Assembly: GCF_006345805.1 (NCBI RefSeq)
Contig: NC_043000.1
Span: 79,174,001 to 79,238,000, forward strand
Length of the DNA: 64,000 nucleotides
From: Octopus sinensis
Lineage: Eukaryota
Direction of reading: 5' to 3'
Made by a program: the position numbers and the translations under genes. Below are positions 1 through 62,189 of this stretch, piece after piece. Each line of letters starts with the position of its first letter. The first letter of the stretch is position 1. A model generated the notes under the pieces. It saw only the letters and a list, made by a program, of their open reading frames with translations. It searched no databases and was not told where the DNA came from.

Positions 1-3000
1 TGTAAAATCTGTGGTTTCATGTGATTACTGGCCATCTTGCTTTGGCCTGGTGACAGGCCAAAGTGAGTTGGACAAGCAGTTATTACAATAATCCCATGAT
101 TTACAAATGTCTTTTATGGTAACCCATTTCTTACTGAAAGTAGATCATTTGCTGGCCTGAAAGGCCACACCTGTGCTGCTCACAAATGAGACTGATCTTC
201 AAATGCTTCAGGTGATGGATATACCTGAGATTGAGAAAGAGATTCTCATGAATGTATGATTTTTCTTTGAGCTTAATTTAAGTTCTTGAAAGAGTTCAAG
301 CTGGTTGCTAACAAAGCAACAAGACATTTTGAGTTAAAAGAGTTCCCAGTGTTTGTAAATATGTTGTTGAGTTGGAGTGTAGGTTGAACTGTTGATACAT
401 ACAGCCATGTGTGAGCATCTGTTCACATATGATATGTCTTACAGATCTTCACAGTGCCACTAATAGATTGGATTTGGAGACTCTGTGTCAGTTTCTTTTC
501 TTCTTTCTCAATGAAACAGTATTCCTAGGTTTTTGTGAAAATTCTTTGGTACATAATTCACCTATGCACCTATGAGAATTCAAGATCAGGGTACAAGAGC
601 TGTATGTTCACATTAAATCTGTATGTATGTATGTCTGTCTATCTGTCTCTATGTGTGTATGTATGTATGTATGTATGTGTGTATGTGTGTATGTATGTAT
701 GTATGTATGTATGTATGTATGTATGTATGTATGTATGTATGTATGTATACGTGCAGATTTGTATGTTTTGTTTTATGTATGTCTTCTTGAGCATATATAG
801 TTGCATATCTGGACATGCTCATATATACTTAAATGATAAACTTCTGGAAAGTTTTACAGATTTTTACAGTGTTCCAGTGACGGATTGTATCTGTAGTCTT
901 TGAATCAGCTTTCTCCTTTCTGGTTTTGAGAAACTTAATTCTTTAAGATTGGTATTTATGCAGTGCAATACATATCCCAGTGCCCCCAAAATTACAGGTA
1001 TAACCTGGACATATAATCTGGTTAGAGTAGCTGCAGATTTATCAATAGTTCAGCATAGGTATTCTCTTTTTCGCTGGTTTTCAGCTTTATGTTAACATTT
1101 ACTAGGCAGCTGATTTCCACAATTGTACACAGTTTCTCTTCTCATATCAGGTCTATTGTGTTTACATTTTATTGAGGTTTTCACTGAGACATTCCACCAG
1201 TACTCCATTTTATTGTGAGTGGTTTTGGCTTCCACCGCACTGTATGTTCTTGTTTCTTTGTTCTCAAGGTTATCCTTTCAATGGACCTCATTATACAATG
1301 TCCTAGCTACAAGATCATGTCTCGGCAGATAATACCGTGATGACATTTCCGGACAACTGCTTCTGATGTGGGAGATATCTTTGGTGATAACTCCACAAAG
1401 TCTGCATCAGTTGTCATATTTTACTGCATTTCCTTCATCTCTGTCCCTTTTGTGTATTTGGTATTTGGTTAATATTACCTGTCCCTGGATTGCAAACACA
1501 TACTCTTCAAAGTGGGAGGTAGTAATCCAGTTGTTGGTCCATGATAGACTGTTTTGATGATGATCAATGTTACTATCATCTCAGAGCTTTCTACTAACTT
1601 ATCTATGTATGGTCTTCTGCTCATACATGCTCATCCTTTCATCTGATGATATGCTGTGGTAGAGTCATGTAACTTCTTTGGGCATGTATTTAAGGTTTTC
1701 AGACAAGGAACACTGCTAAAGGAGCTGCCTGCCAAGTCTTATGATATTATCAGTCACATGTATGCACACTTGGTTAAGGGATGCAATTTGACACTGAGTT
1801 GTTAAAAGATGTTACTGAAAGGATATGACATGACATTCAAAGGCAGTTTGGATTGATGTTAGACTTCTGCCTTGTTTTTGTTTTAGGAAGAGACGGTCTA
1901 CATCACTGTTGATGTGGAAATTATGTGTGCTTGTTAGTATCTTCCTGGTTTTCTCATCAATGGCTCAGATCTCATCCAGTGTCCAATCAAGCAGCCCAAA
2001 TGTTGGTGTGAGTGCTGACACTGCAAACACATTGTGGGCCACTGTTTAATTGAATGAATTGAGTTTCAAGGTCCAAATTTTCTTTATTTGACTGTTATAT
2101 TATAGTGGCACATGTTTTGTTACAGGTGTCATTGTAACATATGTTTTCATCCACCCCAAGACACCTGTAACATTCCTCATTAGATATAGGGGAAACAGTT
2201 AAGTTATCGATGGAGAAGTTGCTAGTCTGGTTTACAGTTTTCCCTCTTTTCATAAACATAGAGCAACATTTAACCTGGTCAAACTCCAACCCTGTATTCT
2301 TTGAAAATGTTGTAACTAGGCCAAAGCTCTTTTTCATCTCCTGCATGCACTTGACTAAGTGTTTACAGAAAGTATAAATAACATCACAGAGAGGAATATG
2401 CCTCTCTGAAACTGTATTCTATTAGTGATAATACAGTCACTCCTTGTGTTTAATTTCAAGATGGTGGCCTTCAATGAAGTCAGGTCATCTATGGCTTTGA
2501 CAATGTTCACTAGATCTTTAGCAAGTTGAAGGGCTTCTAGCATCCATATGTGGGGAACAAAGTTAATGGCTTTCTTATAGTCTAGACACATTGAAACTAG
2601 GTTCCTTCTATGATCCTGCACCTCTGACATTATAGTTTTGTTGGTTAACAATTACTTGATTACATCCTCTCATGTCCCTGTATACTGCTACCTGGTTCTG
2701 GTTAGATTTCTTGTTTATTGCTTTTCTTTCAGTCTGAGTTTCTCACTGGCAGCCTTTAGATCCTGCTTAAGGGTGATCAATTTGCAATTGAGTGTCCTTG
2801 TGTCCTCGTTTTGCTGTCTCCAAACACCACTTCTATCTCATTCTTCACTTTTTGTTGATGAGACGTATAGTGATTTGCTTGTTTGCATGCAATAAACATC
2901 ATCACACGACTGATGGCCTTCCGTAAATCAGCTATCTTTTTCTCTGTCTTCAAAACCCATGATGGTACTTTCTTTGTTGTTTTGGTTTTGTTCACTTCCT

Positions 3001-4380
3001 GAATATTCTTTTCTGTTCTAGGTACCAGGCTCGAAATTTTGCGGGGAGGTAGCCAGTTGATTAGATTGACTCCAGTACACAACTGGTACTTAATTTATCG
3101 ACCCCAAAAGGATGAAAGGCAAAGTTGACCTTGGCAGGATTTGAACTCAGAACATAAAGACAGACGAAATACTCCTAAGCATTTTGCCTGGCATATTAAC
3201 GTTTCTGCCAGCTCGCCACCTTCACTTCCTGAATATTACTCATGTACTGCTTTGCATTAGTAGACAGGGTATATAGATAGGCATTAATCTGCCATAATGA
3301 GGGTTCATTACACTGCAGTAAATACTTATCTCCAATTTCGTTAACAGCTTTTACTACCGTACCTGGTGGTTTTTTACTTACTTTGGTAGAGAATACCCTC
3401 TCGTCGAGAGAGTGCTTCAAAGCCAAAGCTCTTTTTTTTTTTTGTTGAAAACTTCAGTAAGGGCACATTTAACCAATATATAATCCTGACTACTATAACT
3501 ATTACTACAATAATTGTTGCGGCTGTGCCTGTTATTTACCATAGTCAAAGTAGGGAGACAGTGATAAGTTACTTTAGCCAGTAATGTAGTTTGGCTGGCA
3601 GGACTGATAGAATCTGTTGGAATGTCACTAACTGCAAAACCACATGGAGTTCTCACATCATTCACATTTTCATTTTCACTTATAGTGTGGGAAGAAAGTT
3701 AATTTCAGATCTTTTTTTAATAAAGTTACAGTCACTAACTTCCTTCTTATGTCCCTCAAATGTTGTTTGTTGGCATAATCACTTTGCAGTAAAATTATTT
3801 AAATCTGGATGTAGATCATTCCAATATGATTTCAATCGATCTATATATAGCCCACAGCAGGGTTTTTGTGTCACTTTTTTGTAACAGCCAAATAAATCAG
3901 TATTCAATTCATAACTCCAAGAAGAATGAGTTTTGTAATTATGGTTTCTTCTATAACTACAGTTAGAAAGAATCTGTTTACCTGTTGAGCTGTTGTTTTC
4001 AATTTGTTCCTCAGTTGTGCTGTCGTTGGTGTGTCCAGCCATGTTGTTTGTAGTAACTCTCTGCATGGTAAATTCAAGTTGCAGTTGAAAATCACTATGA
4101 TTGTGAATAAAAGGCTCCCCCAGTTAATTCATCTGAAGATTAACAAGCTATCTAACAGAGCTGATACTTGTGGCACTAAAGTTAGAGATAGTATTCATTG
4201 TATTTTTGATAAATAATCTTCCATACCAAATACATGACTTGGTCACTTTGAGTTATGTATTTATGTATGTACACCAAAAAAGCATATCAAGCTTATTAAT
4301 CTTTGTAAAAAAAAGGTTCATTCAAATAGCATTGTTTGCTTCCAGCTCTCCACATAACCAGGTCTGAGCTGTTTATTCTT
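1..4380 (-). mobile_element. Degenerate R4/Dong-like (REL endonuclease) non-LTR retrotransposon
   Basis: Broken minus-strand frames: CLDYKKA..VPHIW and RGIF (RT); GLEFDQVKC; CRLCGVITKDISHIRSSCPEMSSRYYLPRHD (CCHC knuckle); GTVKICKT C-terminus near 450. Interrupted by a SINE and a (TATG)n tract. Confidence 0.8.
3008..3220 (-). mobile_element. tRNA-type SINE (family B) with 17-bp TSD
   Basis: Head aggtggcgagctggcagaaacgtt, B-box GAGTTCAAATCC; flanked by identical ttcacttcctgaatatt at 2991-3007 and 3221-3237. Confidence 0.88.
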
Positions 4381-4580
4381 CAACACTGGAAGATAATTAC
4401 CTTGCTTGGAAACAAGTGAAGATTTGTATCAGGAAAGACATCCAGCTGTAGAAAACTCTGCTTCAGTATAGTTTTGGCAACCCCACGAAGTATGGAAAAG
4501 TGGATGTTAAAATGATGATGAAAATGATTATATGTGTGTGTGTACACACACATATATATGTATATACATACATAAATGCA

Positions 4581-4645
<65 letters not shown>

Positions 4646-6400
4646 TTGGGTTTGTGCCAGGGAAAAGTACCACTGATGCTATATTTCTGGCAAGACAGCT
4701 GCAAGAGAAATACCTAGCCAAAGATAAACCTCGGTACCTGGCTTTTGTTGACATGGAGAAAGCCTTTGACAGGGTCCCCCGATCCCTTATCTGAGGGTCA
4801 ACGAGAAGACTAGGAATAGATGAATGGTTAGTGAGAGCTGTGCAAGCCCTGTACAGGGACGCTGTCAGTAAGGTGAGGGTTGGCAATGAGTACAGTGAAG
4901 AATTCTGGGTAGCAATAGTGGTCCACCAAGAATCAGTCCTCAGCCCCCTCTTATTCATCATAGTCCTCTAGGCAATAACAGAAGAATTCAAGACAGGATG
5001 CCCCTGGGAGCATCTCTATACTGATGATCTTGCTCTAATTGCTGAGTCTCTACCAGAACTTGAGGAAAAGGTGTGGAAGCAAGGATTAGAATCGAAAGGC
5101 CTAAGAGTCAAATTAGCTAAAACCAAAGTCTTAATAAGCAGGAAGGCAGACAAACTACAAATCCCTTCAGATAGATGGCCCTGCTCGATCTGTAGAAAAG
5201 GCGTAGGTAGAAACTCCATAAGATGTACCCAGTGAAAGCTATGGACACATAAGAGGTGCAGCAATATCAAACCAAGGCTAACTGGGAAGATAGTTTTGTA
5301 TGTGGAAGATGCTCAGGAGCAATAAACACTGAAAATCTGCAGAGAACAGCTTCTGTCACACTCCAGGGAGAAAAACTACAAGTAGTTGATAGCTTCCTTT
5401 ACCTGGGTGACCAAGTCAGTAGCAGGGGTGGATGCTCTGAAAGTGTAGCTGCTAGAATAAGAATAGCCTGGGCAAAGTTCAGAGAGCTCCTACCTCTGCT
5501 GGTGACAAAGGATCTCTCACTCAGAGTAAAACGTAGTCTGTATGACACATGTGTACGAACAGCCATGCTGTTCGTACACATGGATGAGGACAGTTGTGTG
5601 AAAAAGTGTCACACCCTAGCAGTTGTGGGAATCTGTGGAAGAGGTAGACACAGGAAGACCTGGGATGAGGTGGTGAAGCATAACCTTCGAACATTTGGCC
5701 TCACTGAGACAATGAGTAGTGACCGAGACCTTTGGAGATACGCTGTGCTTGAGAAGACCCAACAAGCCAAATGAGACCATAACTGTGGTGCATGCCAGTG
5801 GTGTATAATCAGCCCACTTATAAGTACCCATCATTCATTGGATAGTAAACTTTGCTTGCGAAGACCTGTTGAGGCAAGTGAAATCAAAATCAAAATTGCT
5901 GACGTGGCCAATGACAGTATCTCCTGATTGGCACTCATGCCAGTGGAATGTTAAAAGCACCATCTGAGCATGACCATTGCCAGGGCCACTGACTGGTTCC
6001 CATTCCGGTGACATGTAAAGAGCACCATTCAACTTGAATTTACTTCCGTGTCGCCTTACTGGCACATGTGCCAGTGGCATGTAAAAGACAACATTTGAGT
6101 GTGGTCATTGCCAGTGCAGCTGGACTGGCTCCCATGCAGATAGCACATAAAAAAAACACCTTTTGAGCACAGTCGTTGCCAGTACGGCCTAACTGGCCCT
6201 CATGCCGGTGGCACGTAACCACACCCCCTACATTCTCGGAGTGGTTGGCGTCAGGAAGGGTATCCAGCTGAAGAAACTTTGCCAGATCAGATCGGAGTCT
6301 GGTGCAGCCTTCTGGCTCACCAGTCCTCAGTCAAACCGTCCAACCCATGCCAGCATGGAAAGCGGACGTTAAACGAAAATAATGACAACAACGATGATAC
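4646..6400 (+). mobile_element. 5'-truncated RTE-clade LINE
   Basis: [48 protein letters not shown] zinc finger, GRHRKTWDEVVK; tandem-repeat 3' UTR and GAT-type tail; in-frame stops and frameshifts. Confidence 0.92.
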
Positions 6401-6441
6401 GTACATACAGACAGACAGATATACATACATACATACATACA

Positions 6442-7146
6442 TAGTCAATTCAAATAAAAAAGGAGTAAAGAAAAACAAAAAATGTGAGGATGTTCACAAG
6501 AAGTATATTTGCTTAATGCTTGGTGAAAGGGAAGAGCTTAACATTTCAAGCATAGCTCTTCATTGGAAAGGAGAGAGAGAAAAGTCCAAAGAAGGAGAAG
6601 AAATCACCAATGGACCATGTGTAGTTATAAAATCGCTGTACACTATGATCCCCCATAATGTGGGCCTTTTAGCCCTCCAATACTTTCTTGACTATCACCC
6701 GACCCCACACCCAGCACCTCCACACTTCTCCACCATGCAGAACTCATGCTCACCTTCAATAGCCAATTCAAGTAAACAAACAATTCAAATAAAAAAGGAG
6801 AAAAGAAAAACAACAAACATGGGGATGTGCACAAGTATATTAGCTTGATGCTTGGTGAAAGGAGAGAGTTTAACATTTCGGGCATAGCTCTTCATTGGAA
6901 AGAGAGAGGCAAATGTCCAAAGAAGGAGAAAAAGAAGAAATCGCCCACAGACTATGTGTATTTACATTGCAATGTTGGCGATTTCTTCTGCTCCTTCCTT
7001 GAACTTTTCGTTTTCTCTCTTCTGATGTAAAGCTATGCTCAAAATGTTAAACTCTCTCCTTTCACCGAGTGTTAAGCTAATATACTTATTGTGCACATCC
7101 TCACATTCGTTGTCTTTCTTTTCTTGTTTTTTATTTGAATTGACTA
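6442..7146. mobile_element. Penelope-like element remnant: two direct and one inverted terminal-repeat copies with an RT fragment
   Basis: Copies at about 6442-6610 (+), 6781-6950 (+) and 6976-7146 (-). Between the first two the frame reads IKSLYTMIPHNVGLLALQYFLD, a PLE RT motif. Confidence 0.72.
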
Positions 7147-7634
7147 TTTACTACTTGCTCACATGGACTGTCCTCATCCTTCTGACTGTTCTTGAATACC
7201 TGATTCTGGATCTTTGATTACGTATATATATATATTGTGTCTGTTTTATTGTGAGCAAGGGAGTGAACCACTCCCACTCCAGCAAAGCAAAGCCAATAGA
7301 CCAGCTTCTGGGTTCCTTCCCATCCTCAGTACTAGATGTTTGCCTGCTAGAGATAGCATCATTTGTCCTTGCTTGCAATATATAAACAAAGAAGTGACTA
7401 TCAATTGCTGATCTTACAACAAGCTAAAGTAGCTGGCTTTAAATCTTTGAAAGAGATCTAAAACCAGCTACTATATATATATATATATATATAATATCAA
7501 GTAAAAGTAATAAACCTCATTAAGGGATCATAAATCCAATGAAAATAATGGTTAGTTACCAATCTATAGAAAGATCAACTATAAGGTAACCATATTAATC
7601 GTGATTCATATATATATATTTATAAATATATACA

Positions 7635-8005
7635 CAGGGTGATTCAAATGTCTCCATAAATAGGAAAAATTTATTTGTTTATAAGAGACAGTTTGTAAGA
7701 TCTCCTAAATCCCCTGATCTGACCCCTCATGATTTCTATCTTTTGGGGCATTTGAAAAGCTAGGTGTATTGTGGAAAGATAAAAGACATAAATCATTTGA
7801 AGGAACGCATCACCAACTCATTTGCACACGTATCACCAGATGTGCTATTACAAGTTCTCAATGAGTGGGTTAAATGTATTGCAATGTGTATTCAAAACAA
7901 TGGTAACCATATAGAGCCTGTTAAATAAAAAAAAACTGTTCTCATAAACTGTTTCTTATAAAAAGATAAATTGTTCTTATGTATGGTGACTTTTGAATCA
8001 TCCTG
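7635..8005 (+). mobile_element. Internally deleted mariner/Tc1 element
   Basis: About 24-bp TIRs cagggtgattcaaatgtctccata / tatggtgacttttgaatcatcctg in TA context; residual SPKSPDLTPHDFYLLGHLKS..YCGK transposase C-terminus. Confidence 0.85.
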
Positions 8006-8207
<202 letters not shown>

Positions 8208-8209
<2 letters not shown>

Positions 8210-8612
8210 CTGTGATACTAGTGGTGGTGGCATGTAAGCAGCTGTGATACCGGTACTGGTGGCACGTAAGCGAAACATCCGAACGTAGCCATTGCCAGCA
8301 CTGCCCCGACGGACCCCCGTGCCGGTGGCACATAAAAAGCACCATCCGATCATGGCCATTGCCAGCCTCGCCTGGCCCCCGTGCTGGTGGCACATAAAAA
8401 GCACCATCTGATCGTGGCCGTTGCCAGCCTCGCCTGGCCCCCGTGCCGGTGGCACGTAAAAAGCACCCACTACACCGACGGAGTGGTTGGCATTAGGAAG
8501 GGCATCCAGCTGTAGAAACATTGCCAGATAAGACTGGGCCTGGTGTAGCCTTCTGGCCTCCAAGACCCCATGGAAAGCGGATGCTAAATTATGAAAATGA
8601 TGATGATGATGA
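8208..8612 (+). mobile_element. RTE-derived 3' tail with about 60-bp tandem units
   Basis: Three to four units of ggcacataaaaagcaccatc..cgtggccgttgccagcctcgcctggcccccgtgc, then ggcatccagctgtagaaac and a (GAT)n tail shared with RTE 3' ends. Confidence 0.75.
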
Positions 8613-8649
8613 TATATATATATATATGTATGTATGTATAATATAATGA

Positions 8650-9262
8650 AATTATTGTATACAGTGCTCAGATGCACCACAACTTGTCAAAAGTGTGTAT
8701 AAAGCATATGCAGTAATGTACAAATATCTGAAAAATGAACAGTGTATGAGTCAGATACATGCTTGCATGTGTACGGAGGGGAGAAAATCAGGTGTAGTGT
8801 TGGCGAATCTCAGGAAGCATGGAAGTTTTGAAGGATGCAGTGCTCCAACAACTTACAACTGATGCCAGCAGTTTGTTCCATACTTCAGCAACTCTTAGCG
8901 TGAAAAAGTGTTTACAAAAGTCATGGGAGCTATGCAGTTTTCTGACTTTGTAAACATGTCCACGGGTGTTAGACAAGGGGAGTTTGAAAAGGAGCTCAGA
9001 GTTATTGTTAGTAAGATGGTTAATAATGTTATGACTGTCTGCCAAGTCAGCTGCCAGACATCGGAGTTTCAATGTGTCCATGCCCAGGGAAGTGAGGCGT
9101 TCAGAATATGGCAAATGCTTGATGGAGGGTATTCTCTTGGTTGCATGTCGCTGAATGGTTTCCAGATGATTAATATCCTTGGAAAGATAGGGGTTCCAAA
9201 CTGGTGATGCAAATTTATATAGCACCATAGCTATATAAAGCCTCAGATAGATAGCCGGAGAT
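8650..9262 (-). mobile_element. CR1/L2-type LINE 3' fragment
   Basis: FASPVWNPYLSKDINHLETIQRHATKRIP...LPYSERL...TRGHVYK...FFTLRVAEVWNKL. Confidence 0.9.
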
Positions 9263-9319
9263 GTATATGTATATATATATGTATGTATATAGATAGATAT
9301 ATATGTATGTGTGTGTTGC

Positions 9320-10104
9320 ATTCTAATGGTGGAGGGGACCTGTGGAAGAGGTAGACCCAGGAAGACATGGAATAAGGTAGTGAAGCATGATCTTTGAATG
9401 TTTGGTCTCACAGAGGCAACAACAAGTGACTGAGACCATTGGAGATTTTCTATGCTCGAGAAAACCGATCAAGCCAAATGAGATCATAGTTGTGGCCAAT
9501 GCCAGTGCTGTCTGACTAGTACCCATGCTGGTGGTATGAAAAAGCACCGTTCATGCATTGGAACTCATGGAGGCAGTGACATCAAGCCGAGTGAGATCAT
9601 AGCCATGGCTGATGCCAGTGTCACGTAACTGGCCCATTAAAAATACCCTTCAATCATTGGGTGATATGCTGTGCTTATGAAGACCTGCTGAACTGAATGA
9701 AATTGTAGTTGTGGCCGATGCCAGTGCTGTCTGACTGGCACCTGTGCTAGTGGCATGTAAAAAGCAACATTCAAGCATTGGGCCTCATGGAGGCAGTGAC
9801 AGGTGACCAAGACCCTTGGCGATATACCATACTTGTGTTGACCTGTCAAACCAAGTAAGACCATAGTCATGGCTGATGCCAGTCACAGATCAATGCACTC
9901 ATACCAGTGGCATGTAAAAAGCACCCACTACACTCTCAGAGTGGTTGGCATTAGGAAGGGCATCCAGCCATAGAAACCTTTCCAAATCAGATTGGAACCT
10001 GGTGCAGCCCCCTCAGCTTACCAGTTTTCAGTCAAACCATCCAGCCTATGCCAGTATGGAAAGCAGATGTTAAACGAAGATGATGATGATGATGATGATG
10101 ATGA

Positions 10105-10110
<6 letters not shown>
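9320..10110 (+). mobile_element. RTE LINE 3' fragment
   Basis: GTCGRGRPRKTW-type end, 3' UTR repeats and (GAT)n tail homologous to 5600-6400. Confidence 0.82.
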
Positions 10111-10139
<29 letters not shown>

Positions 10140-10204
10140 GACATGGCTGTGTGGTTAGGAAGCTTGATTTATCTTCTTAGTTACATTGCTGTGACTATAC
10201 ATAC

Positions 10205-10410
10205 CACCAAGGCGGCAAGCTGGTAGAAAGGTTAGCACACCAGGTGAAATGCTTAGCGTTATTTCATCTGTCTTTATGTTCTGAGTTCAAATTCCGCCAA
10301 GGTTACTTTGTATTTCATCTTTTTGGGGTCAATAAATTAAGTAGTAGCTGCATTTTGGGGCCAACTGGCCCCCTCCCCAGAAATTTCAGGTCTGGAGTAG
10401 AAAAGTATAC
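10205..10410 (+). mobile_element. tRNA-type SINE (family B)
   Basis: aaggcggcaagctggtagaaagg...gagttcaaattccgcc; homologous to 3008-3220. Confidence 0.8.
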
Positions 10411-10959
10411 ATACCTGTCCCAGAACACTGAGTTCCACCATCACATCCCTTTTATCACTATCATTCATGTCCCTCACTTTTTAAAGGACTTGTTGAACAA
10501 AAAGGGACATGAGGTCAGGTAATACCTTTAGTTGTGTTAAGGATAGAGCTACTTCTCTCATTCTGGTGCAATGAAAAAGAAACACCCTGTTTACACTGTG
10601 AAGTAATTGGTGTTAGTAAAGGCATCCAATCATAAAATCAACCCAAAATGTAAAACAAAAAGAAAACATGATTTTCCAACCCACCTAGGTGAGCAGTACC
10701 ATGCAACCTATGCCAACCCATGCAACCTATGCCAATCTAACGAAAATGGACATTAAATGCTAATGATGATGAGGAGGAGGATGAGGATGATATATAGGAA
10801 GTGTGTATTTGTTTTGTGAAATATACTTCTGGAAAGAAATGATAAGTTTAACAAGCAAGTAGCATAGATAAACAACAGAACTTCTGCAGACATATAGAAC
10901 AAGAATAATATACCAAGAATAATATATGCACAGGTGGACTGACTACGTCCCAGGTAGGG

Positions 10960-11110
10960 GCCACGGGTTATGGCTTCACTAGTCTTGCCGGGTCTTCTCA
11001 CGCACAGCATACTTCCATAGGTCTCGGTCTCTAGTCATTTCCATGGTGAGACCTAACGTTCGAAGGTCGTCCCAGGTTTTTCTGGGTCTACCTCTTCCAC
11101 GGGTTCCCTT
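10960..11110 (-). mobile_element. RTE LINE 3' fragment
   Basis: Reverse complement gives ggaagaggtagacccagaaaaacctgg...gaccgagacctatggaagtatgctgtg, the same segment as other RTE ends. Confidence 0.7.
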
Positions 11111-11158
11111 CAAAAATAAATCTTGGCAGAGACTTCACTGTAGCATGGCTGGGCTACC

Positions 11159-11164
11159 TTTAAT
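11159..11164 (-). promoter_or_regulatory. Candidate polyadenylation signal (ATTAAA)
   Basis: ATTAAA on the minus strand about 160 nt after the E12 stop, just before repeat-derived sequence begins. Confidence 0.3.
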
Positions 11165-11325
11165 GAATACCACATGGCTAAACTGTCAAAGTTTTACAAT
11201 TAGCTTAAACCATTAGTAACTGCTATTGAGCATTTAACCAAAACATGGGGTACTATCTTCAGTGAAGTAGCCTTATCTTCAGTGAAAGACACCCAACATG
11301 ATCATAACTTCTCAACACATCGATT

Positions 11326-59760
<48,435 letters not shown>

Positions 59761-60157
59761 CTGAGTGATAGAGATTATTTGAGTGGTGGTAAAGGGAAGA
59801 TTAGATTTTTGTTTTAACGAAATAGCAGACATTTATCACAAAATTCGAAAAAAGAAGTAATGTCAATAAGGTCATACATTTGTGTAAAATCATACTTAAA
59901 TATATACATAATTAAGCCAGACAAAATTTATTGAGACAAATTTTTACAGCCAGCTGCTTTTCATGATGCCATACCTCATTTGTTTCCAGGTAAAGTAATA
60001 TTTCCCCTAGTCCTTCAGACATAAACATCACAATGGCCTGACATGTTTTCACAAAAGTGTGCAAACAAGATGGCACGTATAACAAACATTTGTTTAGAAC
60101 TAACAAGTAATATCAAGATAAGGAAATGCAAACACACACATATGTTTATACATACAT

Positions 60158-60224
<67 letters not shown>

Positions 60225-61575
60225 TATCATCATCATTTAACATCTGTTGTCCATGCTGGCATACGTTGGATGGTTTGACCAGGGCTGGTAGGCCGAGGGG
60301 CTGCACCAGACTCTAGTCTAATTTGGCATGGCTTCTATGGCTGGATGCCTTTCCTAACACCAACCTCTCCAAGAGTGTAATGGGTGCTTTTGCATGCCAC
60401 CAGCATAGATGCCAGTAGTGTGACTGGCACCTTTGTCATGACTAGGGCTTCACTTGGTTTGGTGGGTCTTCTACTCAAGCACAGCATATTGCTGAAAGTC
60501 ATCAGTCATTGTCTCCATGAGACCCAATGCTCAAAAGGTGCTTTTTATATGCCACCAACACAGCTGCTAGTTGCATGACACTGGCATTGCCTCTGTGAGA
60601 CCCAATATGAAGCCCAGCGCTTGAGATGTATTTATATATATAGTTGAATAAGATTTGGGTAAAAACCTTGTAGAATACTATACAAAGCTCATTCACAGTT
60701 ATTGGCTATGATGTCATCATATAATAGAGATGCTCCTGCTACTATTTATACATCAGGAATTCCATAATATCCATAGATTTTTTTACAAATAGATAAATGA
60801 TAGAAAATGGAATGGATGACATTCTTTATTTAAAATCACTACGATTGTTTCAACACGTTTTTTTCACTCATAGAACATTGGTGAGATGTGTAATCAGTAC
60901 TTATCAAAGATAAGATACCAATTAACTTATTTTTTCCCTAATTGTTTCAAAGACGGATATATAAGCCAGATGGTAATAAATTAACTTCAAGTAGAAGCTG
61001 ATTCAAGTGTAGCATGGAGCCAGTTGTTTGTCATGAAAGACAGAGGGTAATTTAGATCCTTAGTAGAAATAAAGAAATAGTTGTTAAACACTGAGATGGT
61101 CAGTCTTCATCATTTTATCACTTAATTATCTCTAAATACTTAATTTTATTCTTCATTTAATACTTCAATCTGTTTTGCACTTTCTTTGTTATAATCTGAC
61201 CAAAACAATAGGATTGTAATTTATAGTCAACCTTACCCTTTTTTTCATTTGTTTTTAGTGTTTTGTATATTGATTATAATAATATTTAGTCTGTTACTGT
61301 ATCTATGGATTTAGTTTTGTCTGTAAACTGCTGGAAATGACACATCACTTTAGGTATACATTCTCACACTGAATGAAATGACAATAGGTGACAGTAATCA
61401 CCTGAAGAGGTACATTTTACACCTTCGATGCATGATAATGATTGCACAACATCTTATCAATGTACTAAGGGTATTGAAACAATTGCAATAACTTTAAATA
61501 AAGAATGTCATTCATTCCATTTTTTTATCATTTATTTACACATACATACACAAGCACACGCACACAAACACACAA

Positions 61576-61611
<36 letters not shown>

Positions 61612-61929
61612 TCTTGATTCCAAATTCCTTTTGCCAAGTCTGTCCGTAAACGAAGTGATCCCAAGATAAGAAATCTTTGAACTTTAATTCACCCCGTATC
61701 TCTATTTATTATTATTTATTATGTATCATTATTCTGAGCTCCCTAGTCGCCACTCTATATTTCTGCACCCCCCCACCACCATTATAGGTGTCTACTCTTT
61801 GAACCCCCCTCTTCAATACGCTATTTCACCATGCATTACCCCTCTCTCGATATCCTACGTTCTACTTGCCTAGAACCTGTCCTCAGAACCACCCCTCCCA
61901 CTGGTGCTCCCCTATATTTCTGCACCCCC

Positions 61930-62185
61930 CCCCATAAAAAGCACCATCCGAACGTGGCCGATGCCAGACCCCTCTGGCACCTGTGCAGGTGGCACGTAAA
62001 AAACACCCACTACACTCGCGGAGTGGTTGGCGTTAGGAAGGGCATCCAGCTGTAGAAACACTGCCAGACTAGACTGGAGCCTGGGGTAGTCCCGAGCTCC
62101 CCAGACCCCGGTCGAAACCGTCCAACCCGTGCTAGCACGGATAACGGACGTTAAACGATGATGATGATGATGATGATGATGATAT
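61930..62185 (+). mobile_element. RTE-derived 3' tail
   Basis: aaaagcaccatccgaacgtggcc...ggcatccagctgtagaaac...cggacgttaaac(GAT)n. Confidence 0.78.
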
Positions 62186-62189
62186 AAAT

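Noticed and set aside
535-903. YVCM/YI-repeat ORFs here and at about 4.5, 8.0, 13.3, 31.0, 44.3 and 63.5 kb
   Set aside because: Products of (TATG)n and (TA)n microsatellites.
7428-7474. Small imperfect hairpin agtagctgg...ccagctact
   Set aside because: Only 9-bp terminal pairing, no TSD and no family evidence in the window.
8225-8470. CRISPR-like regular repeats
   Set aside because: Contiguous tandem units with no unique spacers, part of an RTE 3' UTR in a eukaryotic context.
59912-60106. WHHEKQ string as a possible HExxH exon
   Set aside because: No second His or Gly in register and no suitable phase-2 donor.
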